DNA of 61,015 nucleotides from Dehalococcoidia bacterium (GCA_046484125.1 JAWOBX010000095.1:1-61015); one strand, 5' to 3'. Counted from the stretch's first letter, positions 38,121 to 48,216 are shown. Notes: generated by a model not told the origin, from the sequence alone. Made by a program: numbers and translations.

Positions 38121-38546
38121 ATGAGAAAGCTGCCTGATTCAGTCAAACACTCGCCCTTCGCCGGGGTTTTAGGACTTAAATTCGCCAGAATCGAGGATGG
38201 ATACACCCAGGCAAAAGCCCTGATCACCGACAGATTGCGTAACAACTACGGTACCGTTCATGGTGGTGCTATCTACACGATGGCGGACGTCTGTATGGGA
38301 GCGGCCGTGTTTTTCAGCCTGGATGAAGATGAGATGTGCGTAACGGCCGAGATGAAGATAAGTTATCTCAAACCGGCACATTCGGGAGAATTGCAGTGCG
38401 AGGCGAGGTTGGATCAAAGAACCGGTAACGTGGCAACAGCCGAGTCGGAGATAATCAATAATGAAAACCTGATCGCCAGGGCGATTGGCACTTTCTACAT
38501 TCAGCAAATGCCCGTACAATCCGCTCAAACAAAGGAGGAATCGTGA
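38121..38546 (+). CDS. PaaI-family hotdog thioesterase
   Basis: NNYGTVHGGAIYTMAD and KISYLKP motifs. Confidence 0.92.
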   Translation: MRKLPDSVKHSPFAGVLGLKFARIEDGYTQAKALITDRLRNNYGTVHGGAIYTMADVCMGAAVFFSLDEDEMCVTAEMKISYLKPAHSGELQCEARLDQRTGNVATAESEIINNENLIARAIGTFYIQQMPVQSAQTKEES

Positions 38547-38986
38547 AACCGAAAGGAGTAAACAGGGTTACCATAGCGGTGAACGATCTGGAAAAAGGTA
38601 TGGACGTATTTTCCAGGCTGCTGGGAGCCACTTTCAACCCGGCCAATGAGGAGGATGCCGCGGCATTCGGGATAAGGGTGGCCATGAGCTGGGATGCGGG
38701 GATAGAGCTGGTCGCGCCGATACCGGGCAAAGAAAGCTTCGTCAGGAATCATCTTGAGGAACGGGGCGAGGGGTTGATGGGGGTGGTGTTTTTGGTTGAC
38801 GATGTGGAGGAGGCACGTAGCGAGGCCGAAAAACTCGGCGCCCAGATATGGCACAGTCTGGATTACACTCAGGAGCAAATCGATCAGCACCTTCAGGGGA
38901 GGTTCATAAAATATAAGGAGTACATGTTCAGCCCGGAAGGAACATGCGGCGTCGGGCCAGTGATAGGTGAGATCGAACCGAAGTGA
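38543..38986 (+). CDS. VOC family protein
   Basis: VNRVTIAVNDLE, IELVAP and RGEGLMGVVF motifs. Confidence 0.85.
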   Translation: MKPKGVNRVTIAVNDLEKGMDVFSRLLGATFNPANEEDAAAFGIRVAMSWDAGIELVAPIPGKESFVRNHLEERGEGLMGVVFLVDDVEEARSEAEKLGAQIWHSLDYTQEQIDQHLQGRFIKYKEYMFSPEGTCGVGPVIGEIEPK

Positions 38987-39037
38987 TACCAGTAAAGTAT
39001 TTATCCATTCAGCCAAAATCAAAATCCGGAGGTAATC

Positions 39038-39373
39038 ATGATCAAGACCATTGCCCTGCTCAAGCGAAAACCAGGGATATCTCGAGAGGAATTCGCCAGA
39101 CATTATGAAGAAGTCCACGCGCCTATGGCGATCAAGTTGTTGACGGTATTCAGGAAATATGTACGAAATCATGTGGTGGAGGTACCCGGGGTGGAAGGGC
39201 CCGATTTCGACTGTGTCAGCGAGTTCTGGTTCGATAGCGTCGAGGATGCGATGGAAGTGCAGGAAATTCTCCAATCCGACGCGGCCAGGGAATTACGCGA
39301 AGATGAGGCCTCATTTATCGACAGCAGCAAGACCGTTTCATTTATGGTGGATGAGCGGATTTCCGAGATTTGA
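39038..39373 (+). CDS. EthD-domain protein
   Basis: LLKRKPGISREEF..HYEEVHAP, FDCVSEFWF and DEASF motifs. Confidence 0.9.
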   Translation: MIKTIALLKRKPGISREEFARHYEEVHAPMAIKLLTVFRKYVRNHVVEVPGVEGPDFDCVSEFWFDSVEDAMEVQEILQSDAARELREDEASFIDSSKTVSFMVDERISEI

Positions 39374-39387
39374 GCGGGAGCCGGTCA

Positions 39388-39732
39388 ATGATAAAAGCTG
39401 TCGCGCTACTCAAGCGAAAACCAGGCCTCTCTATGGAGGAATTCATGCGCCACTATGAAGAGACCCATGCCCCGCTGATAATTTCGAAGTCAGTTGGCCT
39501 CGAAAAATACGCAAGGAACTACGTCATCCATAATGCCTCTAACCCGGAACCCGACTTCGATTGCCTGACAGAGCTGTGGTATTCCGATCACGATTCCTAT
39601 AAATCAAGCATGGCCATAAGGCTCGGCGAAGAGGGAAGAGTCATTGAGAAGGACGAGGAAAGCTTTCTGGATACGAGGGTTATCCGTTTCTTCCTTGTCA
39701 ACGAACACTCCGCCCGGACCGCTGGTGAGTGA
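39388..39732 (+). CDS. EthD-domain protein, tandem paralog
   Basis: LLKRKPGLSMEEF..HYEETHAP, FDCLTELWY and DEESF motifs. Confidence 0.9.
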   Translation: MIKAVALLKRKPGLSMEEFMRHYEETHAPLIISKSVGLEKYARNYVIHNASNPEPDFDCLTELWYSDHDSYKSSMAIRLGEEGRVIEKDEESFLDTRVIRFFLVNEHSARTAGE

Positions 39733-39741
39733 GGTTTGGTT

Positions 39742-40506
39742 ATGGATATGGCCGAAATCAATCTTGGGGGGAAAGTCGCCATAATTACCGGCAGCAGTCA
39801 GGGAATCGGTAACACGCTTGCCAGGGGTTTTGCCCGAGCCGGGGCATTCGTTTTCATGGTGGCACGGAATGGCAGCCGGCTTGAGTCGGAAGTTCGCGCC
39901 ATTGAGTCGGATGGGGGGAAGGCACTGGCCCTGCCTGCTGATGTAACCCGCGCGGAGGAAGTTGAAAAAATGGCCAGTCAGGCCCTGGCGAATTCTGGAA
40001 GGATCGACATACTGGTCAATTGCGCCGGAGGTAGCGGAGAGTTCAGGTTCAGACCTCTGTTGGATCTGGAGGAAAACGCCTGGGATCAAGTCATCGAACT
40101 CAACTTGAAGAGTGTCTACCTGTGCTGTCGAGCAGTCGGCCAACACATGGCCGAGAAAATGGGGGGCGCTATCATTAATTTCAGCTCGGGGGCCTCTATC
40201 CAGCCGGTTCCGGGAATGACACACTATTGTTCGGCGAAAGCGGCGGTGAATCAGTTCACCAGGGTTCTGGCCGTTGAATGGGGTAAGTATAATATACGCG
40301 TAAACGCTATCTCTCCCGGCTTGACGGATACTGAGGGTGAACGACGATGGATGCCACCGGAGATGATGGAGAAATACTCAAAGGCAGTTCCCCTTGGACG
40401 CATCGGGAAGCCGGAGGACATTCTGGGCACCGCCTTATTTCTGGCATCCGATATGTCTTCATATCTCAGTGGAGCGATTATCTCGGTAAGTGGGGGACCT
40501 CAGTAG
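39742..40506 (+). CDS. SDR oxidoreductase
   Basis: TGSSQGIG, NCAG and YCSAK motifs. Start could be 39736, 39742 or 39748. Confidence 0.9.
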   Translation: MDMAEINLGGKVAIITGSSQGIGNTLARGFARAGAFVFMVARNGSRLESEVRAIESDGGKALALPADVTRAEEVEKMASQALANSGRIDILVNCAGGSGEFRFRPLLDLEENAWDQVIELNLKSVYLCCRAVGQHMAEKMGGAIINFSSGASIQPVPGMTHYCSAKAAVNQFTRVLAVEWGKYNIRVNAISPGLTDTEGERRWMPPEMMEKYSKAVPLGRIGKPEDILGTALFLASDMSSYLSGAIISVSGGPQ

Positions 40507-40613
40507 TGGGGAGTTCGCTTTTACCCTGATTGAAAAACCTCTGAAAATGTGATGACTTGATGGTCCGGGAGTATAATGGGGGTTGAACAGAATTTACCTG
40601 ATCAGAAGGAGGT

Positions 40614-41384
40614 ATGCAAATGGCACTACCCGATTTCTCTATCAATGGAAAGGTAACCATAGTCACCGGAGCCAGCCGGGGCATCGGTAACGCGCTGGCA
40701 AAGGGTTTTGCTGAAGCTGGAGCCAAGGTGGTGCTGGCAGCACGGACAGTTACCGATCTCCAGTCAACGGCGGATGAGATCAATTCCAAAGGCGGCACCG
40801 CGATAGTTATCCCCACCGATGTAACCCGGCGGCAGCAGCTCGAAGATATGGTTAACGGAGCTGTGGATGAATTCGGGCGGATCGATGTGCTGCTTAACGT
40901 CGCGGGCGGAGCGGGCGAGACCTATGTGCTGCCGCCGCTGGACATGCCTGAGGAATTCTACCATGAACTCGAAGGGCGGAACTATAGAGGCGTTTTCTTC
41001 TGCAATCAGGCTGTTGCCCGCGTCATGACCAAACAGCGATACGGCAGCATAATCAACATAAGCTCGCTCTCGGCAACGAAGCCGGTGGCATTCGAGGCAG
41101 TGGTAGGTGGATTCAAAGCTGCCGTCAATCAAATGACGAGGGCGCTGGCCATAGCCTGGGGACCGGATAACGTCAGAGTCAATGCCATCGCACCGGGATT
41201 GACCCTGACAGAACGCGTCAGTAAAAAGCTGGGACCGGAATTCATCGAAAGCTTCTCTCAGAGTATACCACTCAAAAGGCCTGCTCTACCCGAAGACCAC
41301 CTCGGACCCGCTATATTCCTGGCGTCAGATGCCTCAGCCTATATCACAGGTATGGTTATACCTGCTGACGGAGGTCCACAATAG
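40614..41384 (+). CDS. SDR-fold protein lacking the catalytic Tyr
   Basis: TGASRGIG and NVAG present; the YxxxK position reads VGGFK. Confidence 0.85.
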   Translation: MQMALPDFSINGKVTIVTGASRGIGNALAKGFAEAGAKVVLAARTVTDLQSTADEINSKGGTAIVIPTDVTRRQQLEDMVNGAVDEFGRIDVLLNVAGGAGETYVLPPLDMPEEFYHELEGRNYRGVFFCNQAVARVMTKQRYGSIINISSLSATKPVAFEAVVGGFKAAVNQMTRALAIAWGPDNVRVNAIAPGLTLTERVSKKLGPEFIESFSQSIPLKRPALPEDHLGPAIFLASDASAYITGMVIPADGGPQ

Positions 41385-41420
41385 CGGTTTACCTCTCGAA
41401 CCAACAATCAGTGAACCTTC

Positions 41421-41497
41421 GAGCAACAGATGACTTCGGGGGCTGAGTCCCCCTCCGGCCTATAAATTTCCGGGGTGGGGATAACGTGGTTTGATCA
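41421..41497 (+). repeat. Degenerate copy of repeat family 1 at the island/housekeeping junction
   Basis: GAACCTTCGAGCAACAGATGACTTCGGGGGCTG...TTGATCA. Confidence 0.6.
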
Positions 41498-41935
41498 ATT
41501 CGTATCACCCGCCAGGAAATCCAGTGCCTGTAGATATCCTTGCCATCCATGACCGCTTATCTGCTTTCTGGCAATCGGCTCTATAACCGACTTCCTCCTG
41601 AATTCCTCACGTGAATGAATATCGGAGATATGCACTTCCACTACCGGCAGATTAGCGTCTATGAGAGCATCAGCCAGCGCGTAACTATAGTGGGTCAGTG
41701 CGCCAGCATTGATGATTATGGCATCGGCTGAACCTGATTGCTCCTGAATGAAATCGATCAGCGAGCCTTCGTGATTGGACTGGTATGTCGTTATCTCGAT
41801 TCCCAGAGCCCCGCCCCGTTCCAGAATAGAGGCGTTGATCTCAGCAAGCGTCTTACTGCCATAAAGCGACCGATCGCGCTTACCAAGCATGTTGAGGTTG
41901 GGCCCGTTAATTACAAGAATTCTCATAGTTTTCAC
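41495..41935 (-). CDS. aroQ: Type II 3-dehydroquinate dehydratase
   Basis: INGPNLNMLGKR..YG, QSNHEG, NAGALTHYS and EVHISDIHSREEFR motifs. Confidence 0.96.
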   Translation of the reverse strand: MKTMRILVINGPNLNMLGKRDRSLYGSKTLAEINASILERGGALGIEITTYQSNHEGSLIDFIQEQSGSADAIIINAGALTHYSYALADALIDANLPVVEVHISDIHSREEFRRKSVIEPIARKQISGHGWQGYLQALDFLAGDTN

Positions 41936-42870
41936 TCAGGGAACCTCTGAACATCGGAGGATCTAACGGTATGCTGGCTTTCACTGCCCCTTGGATGGGC
42001 TTCAAGATAGCGCCTGCGCATCTGACTGCGTGTCACGTGAGTGTATATCTGAGTGCTCGATAGATTGGTATGGCCCAGCAGTTCCTGTACGACCCTGAGG
42101 TCCGCACCGCCATCGAGCATGTGGGTGGCGAAGGTATGGCGCACTTTATGAGGATGCACTTTTCCACTGATGCCGGCCTGTTTGGCATACTTCTTGATCA
42201 GGTATTGAATTCTCCTCTCCGCTATTCTCCTGCCATACCGATTCAAAAACAACGCTCTGTCATCCTCGGTACCAACCAGTTTCGGCCGACCGTATTCGAG
42301 ATATTGCCTTATAGCTTCGATGGCGGGTTGTCCCATCAATACCATGCGTTCCTTTGAGCCCTTCCCAAGTATGGTTAATTGACCGGTCTCAAGTTCTACA
42401 TCCCCTATATCGAGTGAAGTTATCTCGCTGACGCGCAATCCGGCAGCATAAAGCAATTCCATAACGGCTCGATCCCTGATCCCCTGCGGACTGGAGCTAT
42501 CCGCCGCATTCAAGAGCGCGAGTACCTCTTCTGAGGTCAGAAACGAGGGAAGCCTTTTCTCCATTTTCGGTGCGGAAACCCTGTTGAGCGGCTCGTTATC
42601 GATAAAGCCCTCCCGGTTCAGATAGCGGAAAAATGAGCGTAAAGCGCTCATCTTTCTGGAAATACTGGTACGCACCATCCCGGAATCAAGAAGCTGGCCG
42701 AGGTAGTTCCTGACCACAGCGTGATCGACATTCTGGAGCGATTTGATCTCCTCCAGTTTGAGGAAATTGAGGAAATGCGAAATATCGGTTACGTAATTCC
42801 TGACCGTAAACGGCGAGAGATCCCGCTCTACCTCAAGGTAGCGAACATATTTGCCGAGAAGCTCCTCCAT
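41932..42870 (-). CDS. xerC: Tyrosine recombinase XerC
   Basis: GLRVSE, GKGSKER, HPHKVRHTFATH and LLGH..STQIYTHV motifs; lies next to topA. Confidence 0.92.
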   Translation of the reverse strand: MEELLGKYVRYLEVERDLSPFTVRNYVTDISHFLNFLKLEEIKSLQNVDHAVVRNYLGQLLDSGMVRTSISRKMSALRSFFRYLNREGFIDNEPLNRVSAPKMEKRLPSFLTSEEVLALLNAADSSSPQGIRDRAVMELLYAAGLRVSEITSLDIGDVELETGQLTILGKGSKERMVLMGQPAIEAIRQYLEYGRPKLVGTEDDRALFLNRYGRRIAERRIQYLIKKYAKQAGISGKVHPHKVRHTFATHMLDGGADLRVVQELLGHTNLSSTQIYTHVTRSQMRRRYLEAHPRGSESQHTVRSSDVQRFPE

Positions 42871-42884
42871 GTACCGACCCTTAA

Positions 42885-45002
42885 TCAGGCGGGCACTGAC
42901 TCCATCTCGCGCAACTCATCTATGCTGGCCTGATGATTGCACTCAGTGCATTTGGCCATTTTCTTGTTACGGCTCTCAGGCACCATAAGCCCGCCACATT
43001 CCGGACATTTGGTTTCCAGCGGCTTCTCCCACACAGCAAAATCACATTCCGGATAGTTGCTGCAGCCATAAAAAGTGCGTTTCTTCTTTGTACGCCTTTC
43101 TACCAGCTTGCCTCCGCATCTGGGACAGTTGGCCTCTATGGTCGTACGAATGGGTTTGGAATTCTTACATGTGGGAAAATTGCTGCATGCGAGGAATCTT
43201 CCATATCTACCCCGCTTGATCACCATGGGACTGCCACACTTATCGCATACCTCATCAGTCGGCTCGGCGGCCGGTTTAACCTTCGGCATATTTGTATAAG
43301 CGTTCTTTACCTCTTCCGAGAATATATCATAAAACGCCCGGAGCGTCGGAATCCACTTCGATTCACCCGAAGAGATCTCATCCAGCTTCTCTTCCATACG
43401 GGCGGTGAAATTCTTGCTTACTATCTCCGGGAAATGCTCGGAAAGCAGGTCGGTGACGATAAATCCCATCTCATTGGGTTTAAAATGACCCTTTTCCTTG
43501 GTCACATAATCCCTTTCCTGGATCGTGGAGATTATCGGCGCGTAAGTACTGGGCCTGCCGATGCCGTTCTCCTCCAGGGCCTTGATCAACGTAGCCTCGG
43601 TATATCTGGGCGGCGGTTTGGTGAAATGCTGCTCGGGGTAAAGCTTCTCCAGAGAGACCATGTCCCCCTGCTCCAGAGGTGGCAGTGTCTCCTTCCCAAC
43701 AGATTCGTCGTCATCGTCCTTTCCCTCGCTGTATACAATCAGAAAACCCGAAAAGGCGAGCGGTGAACTGGTAGCCCGGAGAAGGTATTTATCCTTCCCA
43801 GAATCAGCCTGTATATCCACCGTGGTGGTATCGAAGATAGCAGCAGCCATTTGACTCGCCAGCATCCGCTTCCAGATGAGTTCATAAAGCCGGTTCTGAT
43901 CAGATGTCAAATAGGACTTTATCGAGGATGGTCCTCTATTAACAGAGGTTGGGCGAATGGCTTCATGTGCCTCCTGAGCTCCCTTTACTTTCTTCTTGAA
44001 GACCCTGGCTTTGGCCGGCAGATAATCAGCACCGTACCTTTCTTTAATATAATCCCTTGTCTCCTTTATCGCCTGATCGGATACGTGGGTGGAATCGGTA
44101 CGCATATAGGTTATGAGACCGGTTGGCTCCCCTTCTCCAACAGGAACACCTTCATACAAAGCCTGAGCCGCCATCATCGTTCTCTTGGCACTGAAGCGCA
44201 GCTTGCGCCAGGCCTCCTGCTGCAGCGTACTGGTGATGAAAGGTGCCACCGGCTGTCGCTGAACCGCTTTTTTCTGAACACTCGATATGCTATAGCTTGC
44301 CCCCCGCAGATCATCACATATAGAGTTCGCCTGTTCTTTGTTACTGATGGATATCTTCTTCCTGGCACCCTTTCCGATAAGCTCAGCTAGAAAGGAATCT
44401 TCCCCCTTTTTAAGCTCTGCCCCCACTGTCCAGTACTCGGTGGGAACGAAACCCTCTATCTCTCGTTCTCTGTCGACAACCATTCGTACCGCTACCGACT
44501 GAACCCTGCCCGCAGAAAGTCCTTTCATCACCTTCTGCCAGAGAATGGGACTAATCTTATACCCCACCAGCCTGTCCAGAATTCTCCTTGCCTGCTGGGC
44601 ATCAACCAGCCTCGTGTCGATATCCCTTGGGTGCTTGAAAGCCTCTTCCACCGCATCCCTGGTAATCTCATGGAAAACTACCCGTTTCGCTTTCTTCTTG
44701 TTAAGTTTGGCAGACTCCACCACATGCCACGATATGGCTTCACCCTCACGATCCGGGTCAGTAGCCAGATACAGAGTGTCGGCTCCCTGCGCAGCCTTCT
44801 TGATCTCGTTTATCACCTTTTGTTTCCCCCTGGGTACTGTGTATGTCGGGGAGAAATCATTATCAGGATCTACGCCGAGATCCTTGTCAGGCAGGTCTCT
44901 TATATGACCCATAGTCGCTTTTATCGTATAACCATCTTTTAGAATTCGCCCTATAGTACGCGCTTTTGCGGGCGATTCCACTATCACCAGATTATTTCCC
45001 AT
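42885..45002 (-). CDS. topA: DNA topoisomerase I with C-terminal zinc ribbons
   Basis: LVIVESPAKA, ATDPDREGEAI, SAGRVQS and ITYMRTDS motifs. Confidence 0.98.
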   Translation of the reverse strand: MGNNLVIVESPAKARTIGRILKDGYTIKATMGHIRDLPDKDLGVDPDNDFSPTYTVPRGKQKVINEIKKAAQGADTLYLATDPDREGEAISWHVVESAKLNKKKAKRVVFHEITRDAVEEAFKHPRDIDTRLVDAQQARRILDRLVGYKISPILWQKVMKGLSAGRVQSVAVRMVVDREREIEGFVPTEYWTVGAELKKGEDSFLAELIGKGARKKISISNKEQANSICDDLRGASYSISSVQKKAVQRQPVAPFITSTLQQEAWRKLRFSAKRTMMAAQALYEGVPVGEGEPTGLITYMRTDSTHVSDQAIKETRDYIKERYGADYLPAKARVFKKKVKGAQEAHEAIRPTSVNRGPSSIKSYLTSDQNRLYELIWKRMLASQMAAAIFDTTTVDIQADSGKDKYLLRATSSPLAFSGFLIVYSEGKDDDDESVGKETLPPLEQGDMVSLEKLYPEQHFTKPPPRYTEATLIKALEENGIGRPSTYAPIISTIQERDYVTKEKGHFKPNEMGFIVTDLLSEHFPEIVSKNFTARMEEKLDEISSGESKWIPTLRAFYDIFSEEVKNAYTNMPKVKPAAEPTDEVCDKCGSPMVIKRGRYGRFLACSNFPTCKNSKPIRTTIEANCPRCGGKLVERRTKKKRTFYGCSNYPECDFAVWEKPLETKCPECGGLMVPESRNKKMAKCTECNHQASIDELREMESVPA

Positions 45003-46099
45003 TACTTCGTATCTACTCCTTGGCTCACTATATAGTTCATATTGCCCAATTGACTTACCATACCTTTAAGTTCCATCATTGTCAAGGTACTGCTCACCGC
45101 CGATGCCGGTAGACCGGCGGACCGGCACAGCTCGTCTATATGCACCGGACCCATACAAAGGTGCCTCAGAAGTAACTCCTCCGTCTGAGTCTCGGGTGTG
45201 ATTCCACTAAAAGCCATTTGCCTCGGCATCATGCTCAGGTTCAGCTCCTCCAGCACATCCTCAACATCAAGCACAAGTTTAGCTCCATCCCGGATCAATC
45301 GGTTGCTGCCCTTGCTTGAAGCGGCAAATATATTGCCGGGGACCGCGAACACCTCTCTGTCCTGCTCAAGAGCCATTCTGGCGGTAATAAGAGCACCGCT
45401 CCTCTCAGTAGCCTCTATAACCAGAGTGCCCAGACTTATACCACTCATTATCCGGTTGCGTCGCGGGAAATTCTCCGCCCTTGGCTTCACTCCGGGCGGG
45501 TACTCACTTATCAAGGCCCCGTTTTCAGCTATCTTCTGTGCCAGTTTGGCATTCTCAGGAGGATATATTATGTCGAGTCCGCAAGCCAGCACAGCTATAG
45601 TCCTTCCCCCTTCAGATAAAGCTACCTGATGAGCTACGGTATCTATACCCCGGGCCAGCCCGCTGACGATGACTACCCCATTTCTGACCAGATCCCTCAC
45701 CAGCCGCTCGGTTGCCTCTTTGCCATACATGGTGGCCTTTCTGGTACCGACAACGGCCAGAGGGCAATCCTCATCCGTTAGAAGCGAACCCTTAACGTAC
45801 AACAGCGGCGGAGGATCATATATATGTTTCAGGCTTTCCGGATAAGACCCATCATCGATATTCAATACCCTGATGTCACTTTCATCCAGTCTACGCAACT
45901 CGGCCTGAGGTTCGATACTCGACCTGCGCTCAACTATCCTCCGTACCAGTGCATCACTGATTCCGGCCTCTATCAGTTCTTCCGGCCCGGCATCCCAGGC
46001 TTTTTCAAGGCTTCCAAATTGATCCAGCAGCTGTCCAAACCTTACCCGGCCAAGACCGGGTATCAGGTTAAACGCGACCCAGTATGCTATTTCTGACAT
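45002..46099 (-). CDS. dprA: DNA processing protein DprA
   Basis: AVVGTR, VSGLARGID, FPRRNRIMSG and GREVFAVPG-like DREVFAVPG motifs. Confidence 0.97.
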   Translation of the reverse strand: MSEIAYWVAFNLIPGLGRVRFGQLLDQFGSLEKAWDAGPEELIEAGISDALVRRIVERRSSIEPQAELRRLDESDIRVLNIDDGSYPESLKHIYDPPPLLYVKGSLLTDEDCPLAVVGTRKATMYGKEATERLVRDLVRNGVVIVSGLARGIDTVAHQVALSEGGRTIAVLACGLDIIYPPENAKLAQKIAENGALISEYPPGVKPRAENFPRRNRIMSGISLGTLVIEATERSGALITARMALEQDREVFAVPGNIFAASSKGSNRLIRDGAKLVLDVEDVLEELNLSMMPRQMAFSGITPETQTEELLLRHLCMGPVHIDELCRSAGLPASAVSSTLTMMELKGMVSQLGNMNYIVSQGVDTK

Positions 46100-46150
46100 A
46101 AACAGTCTCCGAAAGATATGCAGGTGAGTAGAGAGGTGATCTAAGCGGAC

Positions 46151-46813
46151 CTAATCTTCCTCGCTTGCCCTGGCCAGTGCCTTCTTCAACTTCATAAAGA
46201 ATTGGGCAAGATCCTCGGTATCCATAGCGGCCATTTCCGGTGTCAGCGCAAGGATCAACGGAATACCATTACCTGTACCCTGAACCTGCATAACTTGCTC
46301 TGCCCTTGTCTTGCGGTTAGTACCCGATCCTTTCCTGGCAACGGTAGAGGTTCTGTTTCCAGAGTTTATTCCAAGGTCAATCTCCGCCATATGACAGAGC
46401 TGAATGAAAAACCTCGTCGTTTTGGCCGCCATTTCCGGCCCGAGGCAGTTAACCGTTATAAAGTGGTTGTATATATCCTCATGAGCGCACTTCGTTCCCT
46501 CGAACTGCTGGAAAAAATCTTTGTAGGCGTTTTTTACGATTTCCTGTAACGCGGCCGTAAAAGTTACGCCCTTGGTTTTCAACAACTGGCTCTTTTCGGT
46601 TGGTTTCCCTTCGTCATCTATTATTCCCAGAAAACGCAAAGCCCCTATGACCTTATATTCATTACCCGGAGCAACCCTGTTCATTCTAAGGTAATTCCCG
46701 TCTATCTTGGAAGGAGTACTCTTCCTCATAAGCTGTAGCGCCTGCATCATCCCCTTGGTAGGACCATATGGTAACGTCAAACCCTGCTCTCCAGGCCTCG
46801 CAGCTTCAGCCAT
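46151..46813 (-). CDS. DUF5343-like protein of unknown function
   Basis: LPYG..., ALRFLGIIDDEGKPT and FFIQLCHMAEI resemble DUF5343. Start at ATG 46813. Confidence 0.6.
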   Translation of the reverse strand: MAEAARPGEQGLTLPYGPTKGMMQALQLMRKSTPSKIDGNYLRMNRVAPGNEYKVIGALRFLGIIDDEGKPTEKSQLLKTKGVTFTAALQEIVKNAYKDFFQQFEGTKCAHEDIYNHFITVNCLGPEMAAKTTRFFIQLCHMAEIDLGINSGNRTSTVARKGSGTNRKTRAEQVMQVQGTGNGIPLILALTPEMAAMDTEDLAQFFMKLKKALARASEED

Positions 46814-47091
46814 AAATAATTCTCCAGCGTTCATTTGAGGACAGTCCGTGTTGCCGGAAGTATAACACCACCCTCGCGGACTGTCAACCAGTCCGTGCAT
46901 GACAAAATCGGCTCGGACTGACTTATCGGCCTCATATTTGAAGCAAGAATTAATGCCTCCCTTTTTGTAAAGTCCGGATGAAAAATCGTGTGTTTTAGTC
47001 CATGAACAGATTCATCACTCAAATTCTTTAACGATGTTCGGCGGTGCTTCTCGGACTTAATATTTTCGCTTCGGCCCCTGTCCTTAATGGA

Positions 47092-48216
47092 TCAACTCAA
47101 TACCCTGGAGGTAATATCCGCCACATATTTCCCGATAGCCGGCGAGGCCGTCAGGCCCGGTGATTCAATACCAACGAGATTTATAAGACCGGGGAGCCCG
47201 GATATTTCCTCGTGAGCGATGACAAAATCCCGGAATTCTCCCCCGGGAACCTGCAATCTTGGCCGGATACCAGCGAAATCAGGGTGCAGGTCTTCAATTT
47301 CCAGTTGCGGCATGAAGCGCATGGCTGAATTGAAAAAAGTCTTCTTATGGTTTATATTCACGTCATACTCAATACTATCAACATACTCGGCGTTCGGGCC
47401 CAGTCGTACCATGCCATCACGGGAAATCGTGACATGTATTCCCAATCCGCTTTTTTCGGGGGGCGGATAGATGAGAGTATTGACCGCGTTTCTCCATTTA
47501 GATCCGAGTCCGAAGTACTCCCCTTTGCAGTAATTAATGCGATAGCCCTGCGTTTCTACGTCTACTCCGGCCAATCGGGCGATGACGTCAGATTGAAGAC
47601 CCGCTGAATTCACTACCACCCGGGTATCGATATCGGTCACTCCATTCCAGTCTCGCACCTTTACCTTCCAGAGATTTCCCGGTTTTTCTATTCTCTCGAC
47701 CGTTGACTCAAACAGTATATCCGCGCCTCCCTCTACGGCTTTTTGATAGTAATATCTCATAAGCGCATGCGTATCGATTATCCCTGTTGAGGGTGAAAAC
47801 AGCCCCTCTTTTGCCTTTATATTCGGCTCCCTTTTATTGATTTCCGCCCCTGATATAAACTCCAGGTCCTCAACGCCGTTTCTACTGGCCTGCTCATGGA
47901 TTATGTTAAGTGCTTCGATTTCGTCATCGTTCACAGCGACGATAATTTTGCCGGTTTTCCTGCAAGGGATCCCATTCTTTTCACAAAGCTCATACAGCAG
48001 TCGGTTACCCTCAATACACAGTCTGGCTTTGAGAGAATCCTGCGGATAGTAGATTCCAGCGTGGATAACCTCACTGTTCCTGCTACTGATCTCACACCCA
48101 AACGAGCGGTTTTTTTCGAATACAATCACCCTTCTGCCCTGTTTCGATATCCGGGCAGCTACAGCCAGCCCCACCACACCCGCGCCTACTATTACCACAT
48201 CAACTTCAACTGACAT
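47092..48216 (-). CDS. FAD-dependent oxidoreductase, L-2-hydroxyglutarate oxidase (LhgO) family
   Basis: GAGVVG, SSRNSEVIHAGIYY, KGEY, AGIRP and GIESPGLTAS motifs. Confidence 0.9.
   Translation of the reverse strand: MSVEVDVVIVGAGVVGLAVAARISKQGRRVIVFEKNRSFGCEISSRNSEVIHAGIYYPQDSLKARLCIEGNRLLYELCEKNGIPCRKTGKIIVAVNDDEIEALNIIHEQASRNGVEDLEFISGAEINKREPNIKAKEGLFSPSTGIIDTHALMRYYYQKAVEGGADILFESTVERIEKPGNLWKVKVRDWNGVTDIDTRVVVNSAGLQSDVIARLAGVDVETQGYRINYCKGEYFGLGSKWRNAVNTLIYPPPEKSGLGIHVTISRDGMVRLGPNAEYVDSIEYDVNINHKKTFFNSAMRFMPQLEIEDLHPDFAGIRPRLQVPGGEFRDFVIAHEEISGLPGLINLVGIESPGLTASPAIGKYVADITSRVLS

Noticed and set aside
41932-42870. Integrase of the catabolic island
   Set aside because: It sits in the housekeeping dprA-topA-xerC context and looks like chromosomal XerC; no att sites or tRNA were seen.
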